DNA of 64,000 nt from Squalus acanthias (taxonomy: Eukaryota). The notes under the pieces are model-generated. The model saw only the letters and a list, made by a program, of their open reading frames with translations. It was not told the origin of the DNA and searched no databases. The stretch is from assembly GCA_030390025.1 (NCBI GenBank), contig JASTWF010000348.1:186001-250000 (forward strand), written 5' to 3'. Shown here piece by piece: positions 61,001 to 64,000 of the stretch (position 1 is the stretch's first letter; each line of letters starts with the position of its first letter). A program made the translations under genes and the position numbers.

Positions 61001-64000
61001 TAGTGATGGAGGAGATGGTACCTGAGAGTGGGACAGGCTGTGTGTGGGTGATGGAGGAGCTGGTATCTGAGAGTGCGACAGGCTGTGTGTGTTAGTGATG
61101 GAGGAGCTGGTATCTGAGAGTGGGACAGGCTTTGTGTGGGTGATGGAGGAGCTGGTATCTGAGAGTGCGACAGGCTGTGTGTGTTAGTGATGGAGGAGCT
61201 GGTATCTGAGAGTGGGACAGGCTTTGTGTGGGTGATGGAGGAGCTGGTATCTGAGAGTGGGACAGGCTGTGTGTTAGTGATGGAGGAGCTGGTATCTGAG
61301 AGTGGGACAGGCTGTGTGTGGGTGATGGAGGAGCTGGTATCTGAGAGTGGGACAGGCTGTGTGTGGGTGATGGAGGAGCTGGTATCTGAGAGTGGGACAG
61401 GCTGTGTGTGGGTGATGGAGGAGCTGGTATCTGAGAGTGGGACAGGCTGTGTGTGGGTGATGGAGGAGCTGGTATCTGAGAGTGGGACAGGCTGTGTGTG
61501 GGTGATGGAGGAGCTGGTATCTGAGAGTGGGACAGGCTGTGTGTGGGTGATGGAGGAGCTGGTATCTGAGAGTGGGACAGGCTGTGTGTGGGTGATGGAG
61601 GTGCTGGTATCTGAGAGTGGGACAGGCTGTGTGTTAGTGATGGAGGAGCTGGTATCTGGGAGTGGGACAGGCTGTGTGGGTGATGGAGGAGCTGGTATCT
61701 GAGAGTGGGACAGGCTGTCTGTTAGTGATGGAGGAGCTGGTATCTGAGAGTGGGACAGGCTGTGTGTTAGTGATGGAGGAGCTGGTATCTGAGAGTGTGA
61801 CAGGCTGTGTGTGGGTGATGGAGGAGCTGGTATCTTAGAGTGGGACAGGCTGTGTGTGGGTGATGGAGGAGCTGGTATCTGGGAGTGGGACAGACTGTGT
61901 GTTAATGATGGAGGAGCTGGTATCTGAGAGTGGGACAGGCTGTGTGGGTGATGGAGGGGCTGGGATCTGGGAGAGGGACAGGCTGTGTGATAGTGATGAA
62001 GGAGCTGGTATCTGAGAGTGGGACAGGCTGTGTGTTAGTGATGGAGGAGCTGGTATCTAAGAGTGGGACAGACTGTGTAGGCGATGGAGGAGCTGGTATC
62101 TGAGAGTGGGACAGGCTGTGTGTGGCTGATAGAGGAGCTGGTATCTGAGAGTGGGACAGGCTGTGTGTGCGTGATGGAGGAGCTGGTATCTGAGAGTGGG
62201 ACAGGCTGTGTGTTAGTGATGGAGGAGCTGGTATCTGAGAGTGGGACAGGCTGTGTGTGGGTGATGGAGGAGCTGGTATCTGAGAGTGCGACAGGCTGTG
62301 TGTGGGTGATGGAGGAGCTGGTATCTGAGAGTGGGACAGGCTGTGTGTGGGTGACGGAGGAGCTGGTAACTGAGAGTGGGACAGGCTGTGTGTTAGTGAT
62401 GGAGGAGCTGGTACCTGATAGTTAGACAGGCTGTGTGTGGGTGATGGTTGAGCTGGTATCTGAGAGTGGGACAGGCTGTGTGTGGGTGATGGAGGAGCTG
62501 GTATCTGAGAGTGGGAAAGGCTGTGTGTTAGTGATGGAGGAGCTGGTATCTGAGAGTGGGACAGGCTGTGTGTTAGTGATGGAGGAGCTGGTATCTGAGA
62601 GAGGGACAGGCTGTGTGTTAGTGATGGAGGAGCTGGTATCTGAGATTGAGACAGGCTGTGTGTGTTAGTGATGGAGGAGCTGGTATCTGAGAGTGGGACA
62701 GGCTGTGTGTGGGTGATGGACGAGCTGGTATCTGAGAGTGGGACAGGCTGTGTGTGGGTGATGGACGAGCTGGTATCTGAGAGTGTGACAGGCTGTGTGT
62801 GGGTGATGGACGAGCTGGTATCTGAGAGTGGGACAGGCTGTGTGTGGGTGATGGAGGAGCTGGTATCTGAGAGTGGGACAGGCTGTGTGGGTGATGGAGG
62901 AGCTGGTAACTGAGAGTGGGACAGGCTGTGTGTGGGTGATGGAGGAGCTGGTATCAGAGAGTGGGACAGGCTGTGTGTTAGTGATGGAGGAGCTGGTATC
63001 GGAGAGTGGGACAGGCTGTGTGTGGGTGATGGAGGAGCTGGTATCTGAGAGTGGGACAGGCCGTGTGTGGGTGATGGAGGAGCTGGTATCTGAGAGTGGG
63101 ACAGGCTGTGTGTGGGAGATGAAGGAGCTGGTATCTGAGAGTGGGACAGGCTGTGTGTTAGTGATGGAGGAGCTGGTATCTGAGAGTGGGACAGGCTGTG
63201 TGTGGGTGATGGAGGTGCTGGTATCTGAGAGTGGGACATGCTGTGTGTTAGTGATGGAGGAGCTGGTATCTGAGAGTGGGACAGGCTGTGTGTGGGTGAT
63301 GGAGGAGCTGGTATCTGAGAGTGCGACAGGCTGTGTGTGGGTGATGGAGGAGCTGGTATCTGAGAGTGGGACAGGCTGTGTGTGGGTGATGGAGGAGCTG
63401 GTATCTGAGAGTGGGACAGGCTGTGTGTTAGAGATGGAGGAGCTGGTACCTGATAGTTAGACAGGCTGTGTGTGGGTGATGGTGGAGCTGGTATCTGAGA
63501 GTGGGACAGGCTGTGTGTGGGTGATGGAGGAGCTGGTATCTGAGAGTGGGACAGGCTGTCTGTTAGTGATGGAGGAGCTGGTATCTGAGAGTGGGACAGG
63601 CTGTGTGTTAGTGATGGAGGAGCTGGTATCTGAGAGTGGGACAGGCTGTGTGTTAGTGATGGAGGAGCTGGTATCTGAGATTGAGACAGGCTGTGTGTGT
63701 TAGTGATGGTGGAGCTGGTACCTGAGAGTGGGACAGGCTGTGTGTGGGTGATGGAGGAGCTGGTATCTGAGAGTGGGACAGGCTGTGTGTGGGTGATGGA
63801 CGAGCTGGTATCTGAGAGTGGGACAGACTGTGTGTGGGTGATGGAGGAGCTGGTATCTGAGAGTGGGACAGGCTGTGTGTTAGTGATGGAGGAGCTGGTA
63901 TCTGAGAGTGGGACAGGCTGTTTGTTGGTGATGGAGGAGCTGGTATCTGAGAGTGGGACAGGCTGTGTGTGGGTGATGGAGGAGCTGGTATCTGAGAGGG
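52007..64000. repeat. 45-bp G-rich minisatellite (43/47-bp variants), ~265 copies, continues beyond right edge
   Basis: Unit GGAGCTGGTATCTGAGAGTGGGACAGGCTGTGTGTGGGTGATGGA with a GTGG/GTTA polymorphism and TG-slippage variants. Confidence 0.99.

Noticed and set aside
51970..63703. Repetitive ORFs (MEELVSESGTGCVWV)n and (SHSQIPAPPSPTH)n
   Set aside because: Translations of the 45-bp satellite, with frequent 2-bp frameshifts and stops.
52007..64000. Resemblance to immunoglobulin switch regions (GAGCT and TGGG motifs in G-rich ~45-bp repeats)
   Set aside because: No Ig exons or RSSs in the window, only one AGCT per unit, and canonical switch regions are not established in cartilaginous fish.

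Overview
Repeat-dominated vertebrate DNA, almost certainly from a cartilaginous fish (shark or ray), judging by HE1/V-SINEs, SacSINE1-like DeuSINEs and CR1/HER1-type LINEs. I found no supportable host protein-coding gene; the very long ORFs come from satellites whose unit lengths are multiples of 3. About 75% of the window is tandem repeat: a ~33-kb G-rich 27/42-bp array (7921-40964), two 88-bp arrays, a 12-kb 45-bp array running off the right edge, and a 67-bp array at the left edge. The rest is a deeply nested pile of transposon fragments: CR1 and L2 LINEs, SINEs, a solo LTR, PIF/Harbinger-like MITEs and four Penelope-like (GIY-YIG) fragments. The main findings are: (1) four minimal hammerhead-ribozyme motifs in the Penelope pseudo-LTRs, with conserved cores, variable stem-II loops and a loop-less palindromic stem III; (2) a Penelope-in-Penelope-in-SINE nest with a target-site duplication (TSD); (3) apparent homology between the 67-bp and 88-bp satellites; (4) multi-kb higher-order structure in both large arrays; (5) a probable templated insertion preserving a SINE's pre-insertion state. 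None of these is a demonstrably new biological system. Family names come from my recognition of the sequence, not database searches.
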